A stretch of 61,646 bases of DNA, the filler included, from Rhabdomonas costata (Eukaryota): NCBI GenBank assembly GCA_019059605.1. It is 21 parts of 21 records of this genome, joined end to end, with 100 filler letters (N's around TTAATTAATTAA, not from the genome) between each part and the next. Parts side by side here need not be neighbours in the genome. Positions count along the whole stretch, not along the records: positions 26,470 to 29,309 come from JAHMHO010001918.1; positions 29,410 to 32,249 come from JAHMHO010001919.1; positions 32,350 to 35,188 come from JAHMHO010001920.1; positions 35,289 to 38,128 come from JAHMHO010001921.1; positions 38,229 to 41,067 come from JAHMHO010001922.1; 16 more parts are not named here. One strand, written 5' to 3'. Shown in pieces: positions 26,768 through 39,272 of this stretch. The translations under genes and the position numbers were made by a program. The notes under the pieces were generated by a model, which saw only the letters and a program-made list of their open reading frames with translations, searched no databases and had not been told where the DNA came from. Position 1 is the first letter of the stretch. Every line of letters begins with the position of its first letter.

Positions 26768-27840
26768 ACTTCCATGGACCGCCACGTAAACCGGGCTGCT
26801 TTTGTGCCGTTCGCAGCTCCTCCTGTCCCCCGGCAGCCACCGTGGTCTCGCCGCGCTGCCCCCGCTGCGCGCACGAAGCGGCGCCTTGCTTGGCCTCTGC
26901 AATACCTGGGGCGAGCTACTGCCTGGACCACCTCTGCCCGTGCGGCGGGGACAAATCCCTGAGTCAACCTTTGTGCGAGCGCTGCCGCTCCCCACAGCAC
27001 CCACCGTGAGCCCTCTGAGGGCGAGTCAGGCGAAATAATCAACCCTTGGCCCCTTTTGTGTAAAATGAGTGGTGCCTTCCACAAGGTTTGTAAACTATGA
27101 AATGGTGTGTATAGGCAGGTAGCGTTCATTCAGTCTCTTCGAACGATGACGGGCATTTGGCACTGCGTCTGCATAATGTCGGCGGGGCATGAAGCGGAGG
27201 AAGGTTGCTACCGATCGGCAGAGAGGTCTCATGCTTGTTGGAGGTCACCATGGCCACTGACACTTTCCTTGTATTGTTCGGTGCAGTCATTTTTTCGGTG
27301 GTGGCCTGAATGGCAGGGGTGTTTGCTGTGCCAACTTGTACCATGCGTATTGTTCGTTCGAATCGAAGTGCTTTTTCATTCGCGGAAGGGAACAGCTCTG
27401 GGATTCCAATAGCGCCAGGCAGAGGCAACTCACCCAAAAACCAAATGTTTAATGAAGCGCCTATTCTTATTCTTACTCCCTGAAAGCCCTTGCTATGAGC
27501 GTGGTACCAGCTCTTGCAATCATCCAGCAGAATCAGGTGACAGGCCTCGACCAACCTCATCCCCGCTTCCCTCACGACCCCGCGGTTTCTGTTACCTGTA
27601 TGCGCCAATGTGATGTCACCTCCCCTCCCAACTGCAACAATGCTTGCTGAGTGAGTGAGCAACGAACGCTCTGCTCTCCATCGTGAGGGGGAGAGGGGTG
27701 GAAAGATTGTGAACACGAACGAAGGGTGACAGGCTGTTTAAGTCTTTAAACTAAAACGCTTTCTTGGTACAGCACCCAACACCGCATTTCTCTCGGTGGG
27801 AATTCCGTGTGTGCGTCACAGTTTCAGTTAAACTAGGACA

Positions 27841-28635
27841 TCATCCACTCCCATATCGCAATTCCAAAATACCAGAGGCCTGCGACGATGCCGCAGAGTG
27901 CCGTCGAATCTCTGGCACAGAAGCAGTGCCTGCGGAAAATAGCGATGAAGGAATCGGAGCCGAGATACTGTCAAATGCAGCTGGACTAATGCTGTTAGGT
28001 GTGCCTCCAACCCCAAACAGAAAACGCAGAAAAGCAGTCAGCAAGTGAAGACATAGCAAAAGAAGAGACCGAATACAAAAATACTTTCATTTCTGATATC
28101 GTGCTTAATATAAAAACACCTGTCGAGGAGCTGGAGGGACGACGAACCAAGTCGCGCTTCAGGCTCGCCTTGCGCGGCATGACAATGCCAGCCGCCCTCA
28201 TGCTAACATCTGCGGGTCAAGTGAAAACCGCTCCCCATGTATGTTCCCATGGCGTCCGTCTCTTCGCAGGATTTTTTGGGTTCTTCAAATAAATCAAACC
28301 ACCACCACCACCACCACCACCAAAGTCAGCATTGGACTTTAAAGTACCACAAAACTGAACTGATCCGAACCAAGCACACGCATCTTCTGCGAGACCACAG
28401 CAGCTAACGCAGGCAAAGAGAGAACCCATTCACCAGTGACCACCACATGGTAGGGAAGGGAGGCCAACCCTCGTCACGGCAGTGGTCGCACCGGAACTGG
28501 CTCAGAGGTTTGTCCCCTCCGCAGGAGCATAGATGATTCAGGCAATACCTCGCCCCCGGCACCGCGGACGCGAGACAAGGCGCAGTGCCGTGCTCGCAGC
28601 GAGCACTGTTAGTCGCAGCCGTCCCCGTTGAACCG
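27841..28635 (-). CDS. Uncharacterised protein, 3' exons with a Cys/His-rich segment
   Basis: Exon-like blocks with GT-AG borders: RCEHGTAPCLASAVPGARYCLNHLCSCGGDKPLSQFRCDHC, then Ser-rich low-complexity sequence. Confidence 0.3.
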
Positions 28636-29747
28636 CTGTGCGAGTGTGGGTGCGTATCTTTGTGTGGCCACTGTATGAAGGCGCAAACAACAAAAACAAT
28701 ATAGCGGTGCAACACAACGCCTTACCATCCAATGCCAAAAATGCACCCAGAACGGACTGTGGCCCCATCACATCCCCTCTCCCATCTCACATCGGCCCCG
28801 CTCCAGAGTCCACGGGCACACTGATGTACTGATCCCCGGGAGGGGGGGAACAACTTCGACGTTCTATTTCTCGTGAAGCAAAGGGTACAAAGAGCCCCCA
28901 GCCCATATGATTGAATAAAAAAGAAAGTAGGGAACCTGCCTTCATCAGTGACTCGCAGACCTGAGAACGGGGCCAAAAAGCAACAACTACCAAAGCCCTT
29001 CAAAAGAATTTCCACATAGAGATCTCATTAAAAGGCCTGGGGCACAATTTGTACGAGGAAAAACCAATCAGGGGGTGCATATAGAAAGTGGAAAAAATCT
29101 GACCTGAATCACTTTGCTGATGACTGAAGCTTCGGCGCCCGGGTGCACGCTGAGCCCCAAGTGGAAGCGGGCAACGGCCACCTTGCGCCGAGGACCGTCG
29201 CATGCTGCTGGTCCACCAAAATGCAAAACGGAAACAGGAAAATTCACCTTAAATTAAAAAACGAGACGAAGTACGAATAATTGGGGAAGACAGGATGAGC
29301 CACAACACANNNNNNNNNNNNNNNNNNNNNNNNNNNNNNNNNNNNNNNNNNNNTTAATTAATTAANNNNNNNNNNNNNNNNNNNNNNNNNNNNNNNNNNN
29401 NNNNNNNNNGATTAGAGATCAGCCTCTGAAATTCTGATTTGAAGTGTACACTATTTTAGCACTATATGCATGGTTTTGGTCTCTGTTCGGTGTCTTTAGG
29501 TGGAGGTGCAAATCTCCCAGTTGACGGCATGGCTATAACGCAAAGCGGTACCGTAGCAATTGGGGTTGCGCCGATTTTTTTCGAAACAAGTGCCATTTTC
29601 TAAACTTTGCATCATGTTGGGAACTCGGTTCAAGTTTCGGTGGAGAACCTGTGTACTCTGTACTGTTCTCATGTGACAAAAATTATCAGTTTACGTTCGA
29701 GGCTACTGTCTGTTTTTTTTGTCGCAGTGTCGGTTTTTTTGTTTAAG

Positions 29748-31059
29748 GCTTTTCTGGACAAGAGCCGCCCTCCCACGGTGACGGACTACGGCCCTCTGCT
29801 GGCAAAGGACTCCAATGATGTGCACCTGAGCTTCAGCATCCCCGAGGGGTGCGAGGAGGTGGAGACCCTGACCTTTGTGGTGAACCGAACCGTAGCCAAC
29901 CTGCGGCGCAAGATGGTGACCTACCGGGCCGGAGTGGTGGTGAAGACCGTGGTGTACCAAATGGGTGTGTTCGTTGGTTCGTGGGTAGTGGCGCGTTGCA
30001 GGTGAGCTTCAAAGGGTGAATGAGAGTAAGAAGCAGGACATGGCCACATGGATTTGTTGGAACCAATGTCCCTGATGGGGTCTTTGTTTTTTTGTTCAGG
30101 GAGGGCTTGTGTTGAACTTGTTGTGTACTTGAAGTCCCGCGCGCGCACACAACACACACTCGTACCATTCCGTGGCCGGAACAAACCCCCATAACACCAC
30201 CGTACTTCAGATGTGAATGCTCGGTCACAGCCTGTGGGCCTGCTGTTTTCACATGTTTATTGACGTGACGACCATCCCTTTCTTGTCTCTTCCTGTTCTG
30301 CACATAAAAAGCCAGACAAAATGTGAAAGATGATGAGTCCGCGTCTGCGCACAAAAAAACGTCGCCTCCAAATCTATTTATCTTAGTTTCACCTGCATCT
30401 CTTCCTGACCCCTCGACGCGAACAGTTCTTTTGGGCAATTTGTTATTCGTGCGTGAGGCGGAGGGGGAGAGGGGTGCACTTTCCAATTTCCGTCTGGTCT
30501 GGTAAAGATCTACGCACCCCGATGTATGTTCCAATTTGTGTACTGCAACTTGGAATTCTTGAGCTGAACGTGAACTCTGGGTTGCATGACCGACCTCAAC
30601 GCCCACCCCCTGGCATGCGGCATGCGGCTTGCGCTCACAGGGGACTACACTGCGCGAAAGGAGCCCTACGAGTTTGTGTTTCCCAAGGAAGTCGTCCCCA
30701 AGGGCTTCTTTGTACGGGGCCACTACACCCAGGAGGTGAAGTGGTCGCCACTATTGAGAAAGAGGGGGGGGGATACTCTCACTCTCACTCTTTGAGAAAC
30801 GATCAGCTGAAAAATCCAGGAGCTGTCGCGCTGAGTACGATTAATTCAAACCTTGAACTTGTGTTCGGAGATTGACGCTATCATACCCCCCCCCTCTTCC
30901 CGAACACGTCTTTATGCACCAGCAGGAAACATGGTGGCGAGATGGTATCGATGACCTTCATTTGCTGTGGGTGGGTGTGTTATACAGGTGGAGTATCTGG
31001 ACAGCGAGGGCCTTGCATTTGCCCCGATTCACTCCAAGTTCGACGTGGTCCGGAGCTAA
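29748..31059 (+). CDS. Rho GDP-dissociation inhibitor (RhoGDI)-like protein, last three exons
   Basis: Exons 29748-29964, 30641-30735 and 30988-31059 in phase: FSIPEG...LTFVV...YRAGVVV...QMGDYTARKEPYEFVFPKEVVPKGFFVRGHYTQEVEYLDSEG...FDVVRS-stop, collinear with the RhoGDI Ig-like domain. Confidence 0.8.
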
Positions 31060-32389
31060 ACTGCCGCTCCTAGGCAAGCACCCTTTTCTTTTCAGAGCCT
31101 GCGGTTGCTCTTTGAAGCTCTTTCGCCATGTTCACGTACACATGCTTCTGCTGTGTAGTGTACTTCTGTTTATGTTCCTTTTTGTGTATTGCGGAGGCAC
31201 CGGGCAGGCGGCACGAATGCCGCCCTCTTTGCGTGGCCGCCCGCGCACTCCTTTGCACAGTAGCCGCGTCTCCTTTCAGAGGCGCGGTGGGCTTTCTCGG
31301 GAGTTTCTCTTTCATCGATGACGGGTCCCTCTTCTCCCCGCACGAGGTCGTTGAAGTGGCCGACAGCCCATTTTCTACACTCTTTCATGGTGTGCGTGAG
31401 GTCTCGCAAATCCAGTGCCGCCGGAGTGCGTCCTGGGTTTTTGTGTCCCGTATAGCCCCTATTTCCCTTTGGTTTCACTCCTGCACCCACGTGGACACGA
31501 CCGATTCACACTCTCTATCACATTCGCAAGAACGCCACCGTTCTCAATGCGTTGTAGTTGCTCAGCCTTTGAGACGAACAGATACTCGCACACACGTACA
31601 CGCGAACAGATTCCAGCGGGAGCAAATCCACATGGTTGCCCTCAGCCTCCTTGAATGCCCGTTTCCCCAGGGACGAGCCGGACGTATTTTCGCAGGCTGG
31701 CTGGAGGCAAACGGACACGGTTTTAACTAGGGACTGCGACGTCTCCATTGCAACACTGCCCTCCAAGTATCAGAGATCATTGACAAGAAAAAAGTTGTCG
31801 CGCTTGTCGGGCAATGGATGACAAGATAGTCGTGAGAAAAATCGGAAAATCGGACTTCACACTGTTTACTGCCGTCCGGCTACCCTGTGGGCCACCCCTA
31901 AGATGCCGACCATATAACATATGATAGTTCCCTTCCAGGAGGCGACGGGTTTTTGTGGGGCCAAAGTTGGTTCTCAGACAAACACATATTCACAACCACC
32001 GACCGCCTCACCTCCGCACTCATGGGCTCTTTTCATAGAAAGAGATGCACCGTGGTGTGGGGGAGGTATTGGCGGGGATGCTGCCGGAGTGCCCTTATCG
32101 TTAGTATTCCGGGTTGAGTTGGGCGGGAAAGACGGGGATGTAACACGACTTTGTTTTTGGAAAACTGGAAAATCGCTGTACAGGCCTTGTCTTAGTTACT
32201 GGAGCCGCTGGTCTTGCCGTTTTCCAAAAACAAAGTCGTGTTACACACCNNNNNNNNNNNNNNNNNNNNNNNNNNNNNNNNNNNNNNNNNNNNTTAATTA
32301 ATTAANNNNNNNNNNNNNNNNNNNNNNNNNNNNNNNNNNNNNNNNNNNNTGTTGGTGTGTTTGGGGTTATCGAAGTGGTGGGGGTGCAG

Positions 32390-34444
32390 GGAGCTCCATC
32401 GTCAGCTTCCCCGCTTCGGGTCTGCGGAGGATCTACAGCTTTTCCTGAACCGCTACGAGGCCTGTCTGGTGGGCTTTTTTGAGCAGGACGGGACTCCAGG
32501 TTGCTTTTTGCTGAACTTTCGTTCACATTTTTTGATCACGCGGCGACGCTATGTCTCTGTGCTTCATCTTCCTGTGTCCATTGTGTTACCCGAATAATGA
32601 AAGCGTGAATTGTTTGCGTTATCTTTTATAAGAAACTGGTCACGAACAAAGGGCCTGCCCGCACGGGGTGCCGACAGTTCACAGCAGGCTATGCTTCCGC
32701 CAGGCCATCGCTCTTGTGTTATCCTCCGAAGTTCTGTGGTTCCCAATGTTGATGAGGCATTTTTTCCGGAGGTTTGCAGCCTTGTATGATAACCCGGTGG
32801 CAGGCCAGCCACAGCTTCGCACAAGGAAAAAAATCCACATGTCGTCTTTTTTCTGTTCTGGGGATATTTGCCTCTGCGCCTGGGTGGCAGTATCCTTCTT
32901 CAGTTTTTCGCCAGTCCTACTTTTCCTCCGCCAGTCGCTCTCGCACATTCGCCCATTGACTTGAGCTTCCCTCAAACCACTTCTTCCTTCCTTCACCTCA
33001 TAATGCCTCAGAGGTCGTGGAGTTGGAGCGCTTTGCCGAAGCTAACCGCGAGAACATTGCTACCGCAGTGCTGCTCGGCACAGAGCACTTCTCCGCGTAT
33101 GCACTCGAAAGGAAGGGGCACATTGACTTAACCGTTTGCTCCTTTTCCGTTGCGCCTTGCGCTTTGTTTTTGGAAGCGGTAAAAGGGGAATTGGGCATGT
33201 GCATATATGCCTCCCCCCATCAAGTGCATTTGCCCCCCTCCTCGCCACGTACCCCCTAAAAAAGCTATCTATTTTAATCCCGGGAACCGTGCAACGCCAT
33301 CCCTATACTAGAATCTCAGGGAACACTTGCATCACCTCCTAACCCCCTGCAAACTCAGAAAGGGGACCAAAAAAAACTTCACAGCTCACCCTACCGGGGG
33401 GGGGGGACCCACAAAGCACTTGATATGGGAGGGGGCATAAATGCACTAGCGCCGGGAATTGCGGTCCGTGTTTGAAGTGTTGGTGTGTTGGGGGGGGGGC
33501 TCAGATTTGGGGTTGCTGCCCCCCCTGCCGCGGTGCTGTTTAAGAGCTATGACGAGGGCAGAGTGGAGTTCACCGGCCCCATCACCGAAGCGAGCTTGCA
33601 GGCCTTTGTGGACAATTACGTTTCCCCTCTTTTGGTATTTTGTGATACCTCTTCTTGGACAACCAATCTTGACAACAGGTGCCCCTTTTGCAGATGAAAT
33701 ATCCGGGAACACCACTGGGAAAGTCAGAGTTCCATTTGAGTGCAGTAACGGAACAGGGGCGTTGCTTCGGGGGGAAGCCGCTAGTCTGCATGTTACGTCC
33801 ACTCCTGAGCACACGCATACACATACCGCCAGACTTGGGAGCCGAGCACCCTTGATATCAGCAGATGTGTCCGCAGTACAGCCCAACAGACACCGACACA
33901 CATGCGCAGGTTGCTTCCACAGTTGTCAGTTGTTGTCAAACATCAGCTCTGCATTAGCCGCCACGCCAGACATTCCGCACACCTATATACAGGCACATAT
34001 AAAGCCTCGTAGGGGAGTCACCACCTCACTGATGGGCCCTCATTTGTTTGTTTTTTCACTTTTTTTCAACGCTGATGAGTGGATCAGTGATAGAAATGGG
34101 CACGTCATTTGCATTGGAAAAAATATACAAGCATGCAAATGAGCTGGGGTGCTGTCAACATGCCAGTTGACATGGATTCCTTTTTTCCAGGCCCGCAGGA
34201 CCGAAAACGCTCCCCCAAAGTCCCAAAAATGGTCTCTGGGCAGCAAGAAACTGTCGCTGCGTCACTTTCTCTCGCAGGAGGAGATTGGGCCCGGAAACTA
34301 CAGGGCGGTGTTCGAGCGGGGCCTGCCCATCGTGTGGGCGTTTCTAAACTACAGCGACCCCGACACCTCTGACCACCTTAAGAAGGCCCTTGTGAACGTA
34401 GCCCAGGGTCTTCGCGGGGTCATGAGCTTTGTGTACCTGAACGG
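32390..34444 (+). CDS. Protein disulfide isomerase, b/b' domain exons (internal fragment)
   Basis: Exons 32390-32499, 33012-33096, 33505-33634 and 34278-34444 in phase: LVGFF...PAAVLFKSYDEGRVEFTG...PLLEEIGPGNYRAVFERGLP...SFVYLNG. Confidence 0.88.
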
Positions 34445-34933
34445 GTGCGCAATGGGGTTTGAATTGGGGTTTTGTGACTCAGCGATGGCTCGAGAAGTTT
34501 TCACAATATACAGGCCCCTTTGTTACTGCTTTGGTGCCAGGGGAAACCACGTGAAAACTACAAGGGCCACCGGGATGGAGGCTTTTCAGAGGGGAGCGTA
34601 ATTTAGCTAAAAGACCACGGGACGGGATGGTCACCTACTTCTATCTCCCTGCTGGAGCAAGCAGCACTCAACCACCGGAAATGCTTCCAGAGGCTTGGAG
34701 GGTCAGCGCGGAGGATTCCAAGACCTCCGTGCGCCATCAGCTGTTAAATGGCACCCTGTGGGTCCATGGTCACCAATCATACACGCGTGTTTATGTTGGT
34801 CTTTGCTTGTTTTGCATGCTGCATATTAGGCAAAGCCAAGAGCGCATAGGGAGGGTTGGTGTATTTGATCCCCGGGACGTTTTCGGGCCTCTTGTCGTCG
34901 ACGTTGGGCTATAAACTTCTGTGTGTCGTTTTA

Positions 34934-35181
34934 GGTTCTGGTTGTGAGGACGCAGATTTTGCATGGTGCTTTTGAAAAGGACATAAAACTAAAGCCCCGT
35001 TACAAGTCGTCAGTTTTCCGGTACACAGCGGTGCCGGGTGCCAGCAACAAAAGTCTGTTTCAGTAGCAAACACGGAACCTTGTTCGTCCTTCGCTGCTTG
35101 CTTAGGGTTATGGTCGGGTTGCTTTGTTTTTCGTCCTTTTCAAAAGCACCATGCAAAATCTGCGTCCTCACAACCAGAACC
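34934..35181. repeat. 49-bp perfect inverted repeat (fold-back/MITE-like) in PDI intron at contig end
   Basis: 34934-34982 is the exact reverse complement of 35133-35181, and pairing continues imperfectly on both sides. Confidence 0.9.
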
Positions 35182-36467
35182 CAAAACCNNNNNNNNNNNN
35201 NNNNNNNNNNNNNNNNNNNNNNNNNNNNNNNNTTAATTAATTAANNNNNNNNNNNNNNNNNNNNNNNNNNNNNNNNNNNNNNNNNNNNGTTGGGGTGGAA
35301 TGCCCTGATGCCTTCCGAAACAATGGCACGGCCAGTCAGTGGGCTCATAGTCTCATTTTAGCGTAATGGGTCGGGCTTGCCGATTGTCAGGCAGGAAGCG
35401 GTGTAACATCAGCGATGTGCAGTTGGGATTACTTGTGCTCTTTGCTGATATGTCTTTTGTTTTTTCACTCAGCGCATATCGCTTTGGCTTAATTTCTTTC
35501 ACGAGTGGTCGAAGAATAACTATCGATCAAATCCCCTCCCAGCGGTCACTCGGCGCAGCTTCCTGTCCTTGTTTGGTGCAGGCTGTAAGGGTGATTTTCT
35601 AGAAGCCTGTGTTTCTTTAGTGGAGCCTTCACCACTGAAAGCTACCGGGGGTGAAAATTCAGAAATGACGGTCCAGGTCATGACGTACAGCTGACGTGGA
35701 ACGGTGAAAATTCGAAGGGCCCAGGAGCCTCGGTAATCGCTCGGGGTTTTGCACGAGCACCAACGGTGGATTATTAATGGTTTCCCGCTAAAAGCGTTTT
35801 ACTAGGCTTTTTCGCTTCGTTTTTTCTGTGTCAGCCCCCCTCTCTCTCCCGGCGTGCGCGGTCCCAACGTGAAGGCCCATTCTTCCTTTGCGTGCGGGCG
35901 TCCTTGTGCAACTATGTTTTTGCACCGCACGGCCCCGGAGCGTGTACACCACGAACGGTTCCCCCACACGCATTCGGGCTGGCCTATGAAACGGCCACAC
36001 CACCTACCATGCAGACGCGCGCCGAACCGAGCCCAAAACAGAGAACAGAGAGAAAGAGGAGAAGCCGCGCGAAAGAGAGAGAGACCAGCAAATCCCGGAG
36101 CGAAAACCCAACAACCCGCCACAACTTAACCGGGGCAACCGTGTCCCGGCCGCGCCAAAGCTTGTCACTGGAACGCCCCTGCCGCCTCTTGGTTTCTGCT
36201 GCCGTTGGCCCCCGGCTTCGCTTTGGGTTTGTGTCTCCGCCCGGCTCTTCCTCTTGCTTGGTTCGGCCTTCTGATAAGGTCCGTGGAATGAAGACGTAAG
36301 GCACAACACAGTCTCATAGCCTCGGTCGGTCCAACGAAAGAACCGCCAAGCAGAATTGAGGCAACGCAATTTCCTCCCCATCCCAAGCTCTCGTTTCCGG
36401 TCCGCTCAATCGCCCGGGCCGATCTTTCAAGCATTCGGTATTGAGCGGCAATTCGTCCGCCTCTTTG

Positions 36468-36471
<4 letters not shown>

Positions 36472-36499
<28 letters not shown>
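36472..36499. repeat. (CT)n microsatellite
   Basis: Direct reading of the sequence. Confidence 0.9.
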
Positions 36500-36503
<4 letters not shown>

Positions 36504-37199
36504 TCCGATTCTTCCCGTTGAATCTGGGTTTCCCGGGGCGGGGGCACATCGTGCACCACGTCTCGCTCCGCCCTGGAGGCTACCTTGGCGGTCAGCCCGA
36601 GGCGCGGCTCGCGGGCACGATTGGCACTACCAATCATCTTCCAATAGGGGCGCTCACGGCAATACTTTTTACCACAACGTAGTGAGACGGTTTTACTTTT
36701 CAAAATATCCACGGAAAATGCAACAAATGACAAGGATGATTGGGAAAGACAAGAATATAACTTGCTGGAACTAATTATTCGTGGGACCTTCTGCCCCACC
36801 GCCAATATTCCCCTCCCGAACTGGAGGGGGTGAACTCTGGTAAATGTTGGTCGCTTTCACCAACCCCAATCTCAACCCCAAACTGGGCCGACATTTTCGC
36901 ACAAAACACCACTAAACCAACCAAATAAAGCGTTTTCCTTATAATAAAAATGGCAACATTATGTTGAGTCACGGCCTTTAGTTGGTCATGGTTTCCTCTT
37001 CTTGATCATCTTGAATTCATTGATGTTCGCGAACTACTGGGTCCAAGTTAAAATGATAAATACACTTTTTGAACAAAACCTACTCTAAATTGTGTGGTGT
37101 TGCAATTGCTTCTGAGTTGGTGTGCGCATGGCTTGCCATTTTGTTTCACAGCAATCTTTTATCCCCGTTGCGCTTTTAGCTTGTGTAGTGAGAATTTTA

Positions 37200-37435
37200 C
37201 TTTTAGTGTACCACATACAATTAGAATTCCATCGTGTGGTGGAGGACTTGTTATTGATGGGCTTCTTGCTTACTGGCGTCAATATCTTCCGTAACACTTC
37301 TAAAAAAACCTCAGATTGCCTCTCTTTCCTCTTCTAAAATGCTCCATACATCCACACTTCTGTCTAGTCACACCCACGTGTCTTCTTCATTCATTGTCAC
37401 ACCCATGTAAGTAGTCCGTGAAAATGCATCTGTGG
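37200..37435 (-). mobile_element. Possible degenerate, internally deleted hAT transposase relic
   Basis: Minus-strand peptides TDAFSRTTYMGVT and KKPINNKSSTTRWNS resemble the hAT motifs TxDxWxS...YMGVT and TRWNS in the right order, with stops between them. AT-rich context. Confidence 0.35.
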
Positions 37436-39272
37436 GCTGTGGCTGTGCAAATTGGCGTCCAGTTGACAGCTTTACATGTGTTGTGGAGCACAGAATGCCC
37501 AAATACAGCGTAGTAAATAGATAAAATCAACACATTCTAAAACAAATGTCAAAGGAATGAATTTTAGCGCAACATTTTATGGCTACTCCGAATTCGAAAT
37601 CCAAACACAACCGAAACAAGTACACGTTCGCACAGCATCACACACTGAACAAATTTCACATTCGCCAAATTTCCCAAATCAAACGTGGCAAAAAGCACGC
37701 AAATAAACGCACGGATCTGGTGTGTGATTCACTGGTTGGCGGTTGGGCGTTACAATTGGGTCGGGATGTTTTGGAAGTTTGGGCCTTCGCGATGATTCCA
37801 ATGACAAAAACCCAACTCACGTGTGATCTGTGGTACACCTGGGCCTTTGAATCTAAAACAACTAATCGCTGTTCACCACAGTGTTGATCCGATCAAACTA
37901 ATGGACACAAAAACGGCCCAAAACTTCCGGAAACGTCTAAAATGCACGCTGTCATGCAAAAGAAGAGGATTGTTGCAATAACATGAACCCAAAAAAAGCA
38001 TTCTAACTCAAACACAGTGAAAGTCAAAGGCAAACGTTTTGATGGCAAATGTGTATAAAAATGCAGTTTTTATTCTGCATAGTATTTTTGCGTGTTGAGT
38101 AAACAAAGAATGATGAAAGGAGAAAAGCNNNNNNNNNNNNNNNNNNNNNNNNNNNNNNNNNNNNNNNNNNNNTTAATTAATTAANNNNNNNNNNNNNNNN
38201 NNNNNNNNNNNNNNNNNNNNNNNNNNNNGGGGGGGGGTGTCTTGAGACTCACCCCCGTAGGTATCTGCCGAAACGTCCACCTTCGTGTCTCGCCCCTGGG
38301 AGATTTGGGGGTCCCTTTCCTGCCGTCGGCCCCTCCGGCTCCGCGTCTGTGTGCTCCCTGGATGCTTCATACGTGATCCCTGCGGCCATCTTTCCGTGCT
38401 CTCGGCTCCCTATCCCTCGGCTCCCTGCCTCTCTCCCTCGCTCCCGTTCCTGTTGCACTCTCTCTGGCGGTGCTTCCTTCGAATGACGACTTCGGTGGTT
38501 TTTGGCGGGGTCCCCATTTTCGGCTTTCGGAATATCCTCCTTCACCCGCGGAGGACCTGGGGTTGGAATTGGTTGCCTCTTCTTTCTGGTCATCGCTGAC
38601 CTTTGGGGAGGACCCCTGGGGTGAATACCCCACCCACCTTCCTCGCTGCTGCCACATCCCTCAGCCCCGAGAGGCGGCGGGGCTGATTATCAACTCTAGT
38701 GCAGGCGCGGTTTTTTTTCCCACTTGTATATGTGCGTGTGCATGTGTGCGTGCGCCGCGTGGACTCATGGACTCATGGAGTGGTTTTCTGCAACAAGTAA
38801 CCAGAGACCGTTGTGAGACTGATGAGATGGTCACCAAAACCAGGGAGTTCTTGGGTTTCCTTTTTGGGGGGGATGGGGGTCTTGGGTTTAAGCGGGTGAT
38901 GCAGGTAACTCGAAGGAGAGGAAGTGGTGAATGAATGTGCCCCGCGCCCACAAAATGGAAGACGGACAGATCGTCATATCAATAAGCACGTGCTCATCGA
39001 GCGTCGAAAGCTACTGTACAGGAAGTGATGTGTGTTTGTACTTTGCGAGTGTGGTGCTTGGGAGAGAGCAAGTGCTCCCTTTCTGCTGTGCAAAATGGAA
39101 ACTGCTACACAACAACGGCGACATCTAAGGAGCCCATGAAGAGCAAGGCAATACATTGTTGTACATGGCAAGAGGTGCCAACTTGTCGGGGGAGCAAACG
39201 GACGGAGCTGACGCGGTTTGCAAGAGTCCGGTGGCCGGCCGCAGTGCGACGCGAAGTCTTTTGTGAGGCCGC

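Noticed and set aside
36314..36805. ORF with an ERERER tract
   Set aside because: The tract is the translation of a (CT)n microsatellite; no other support for coding.
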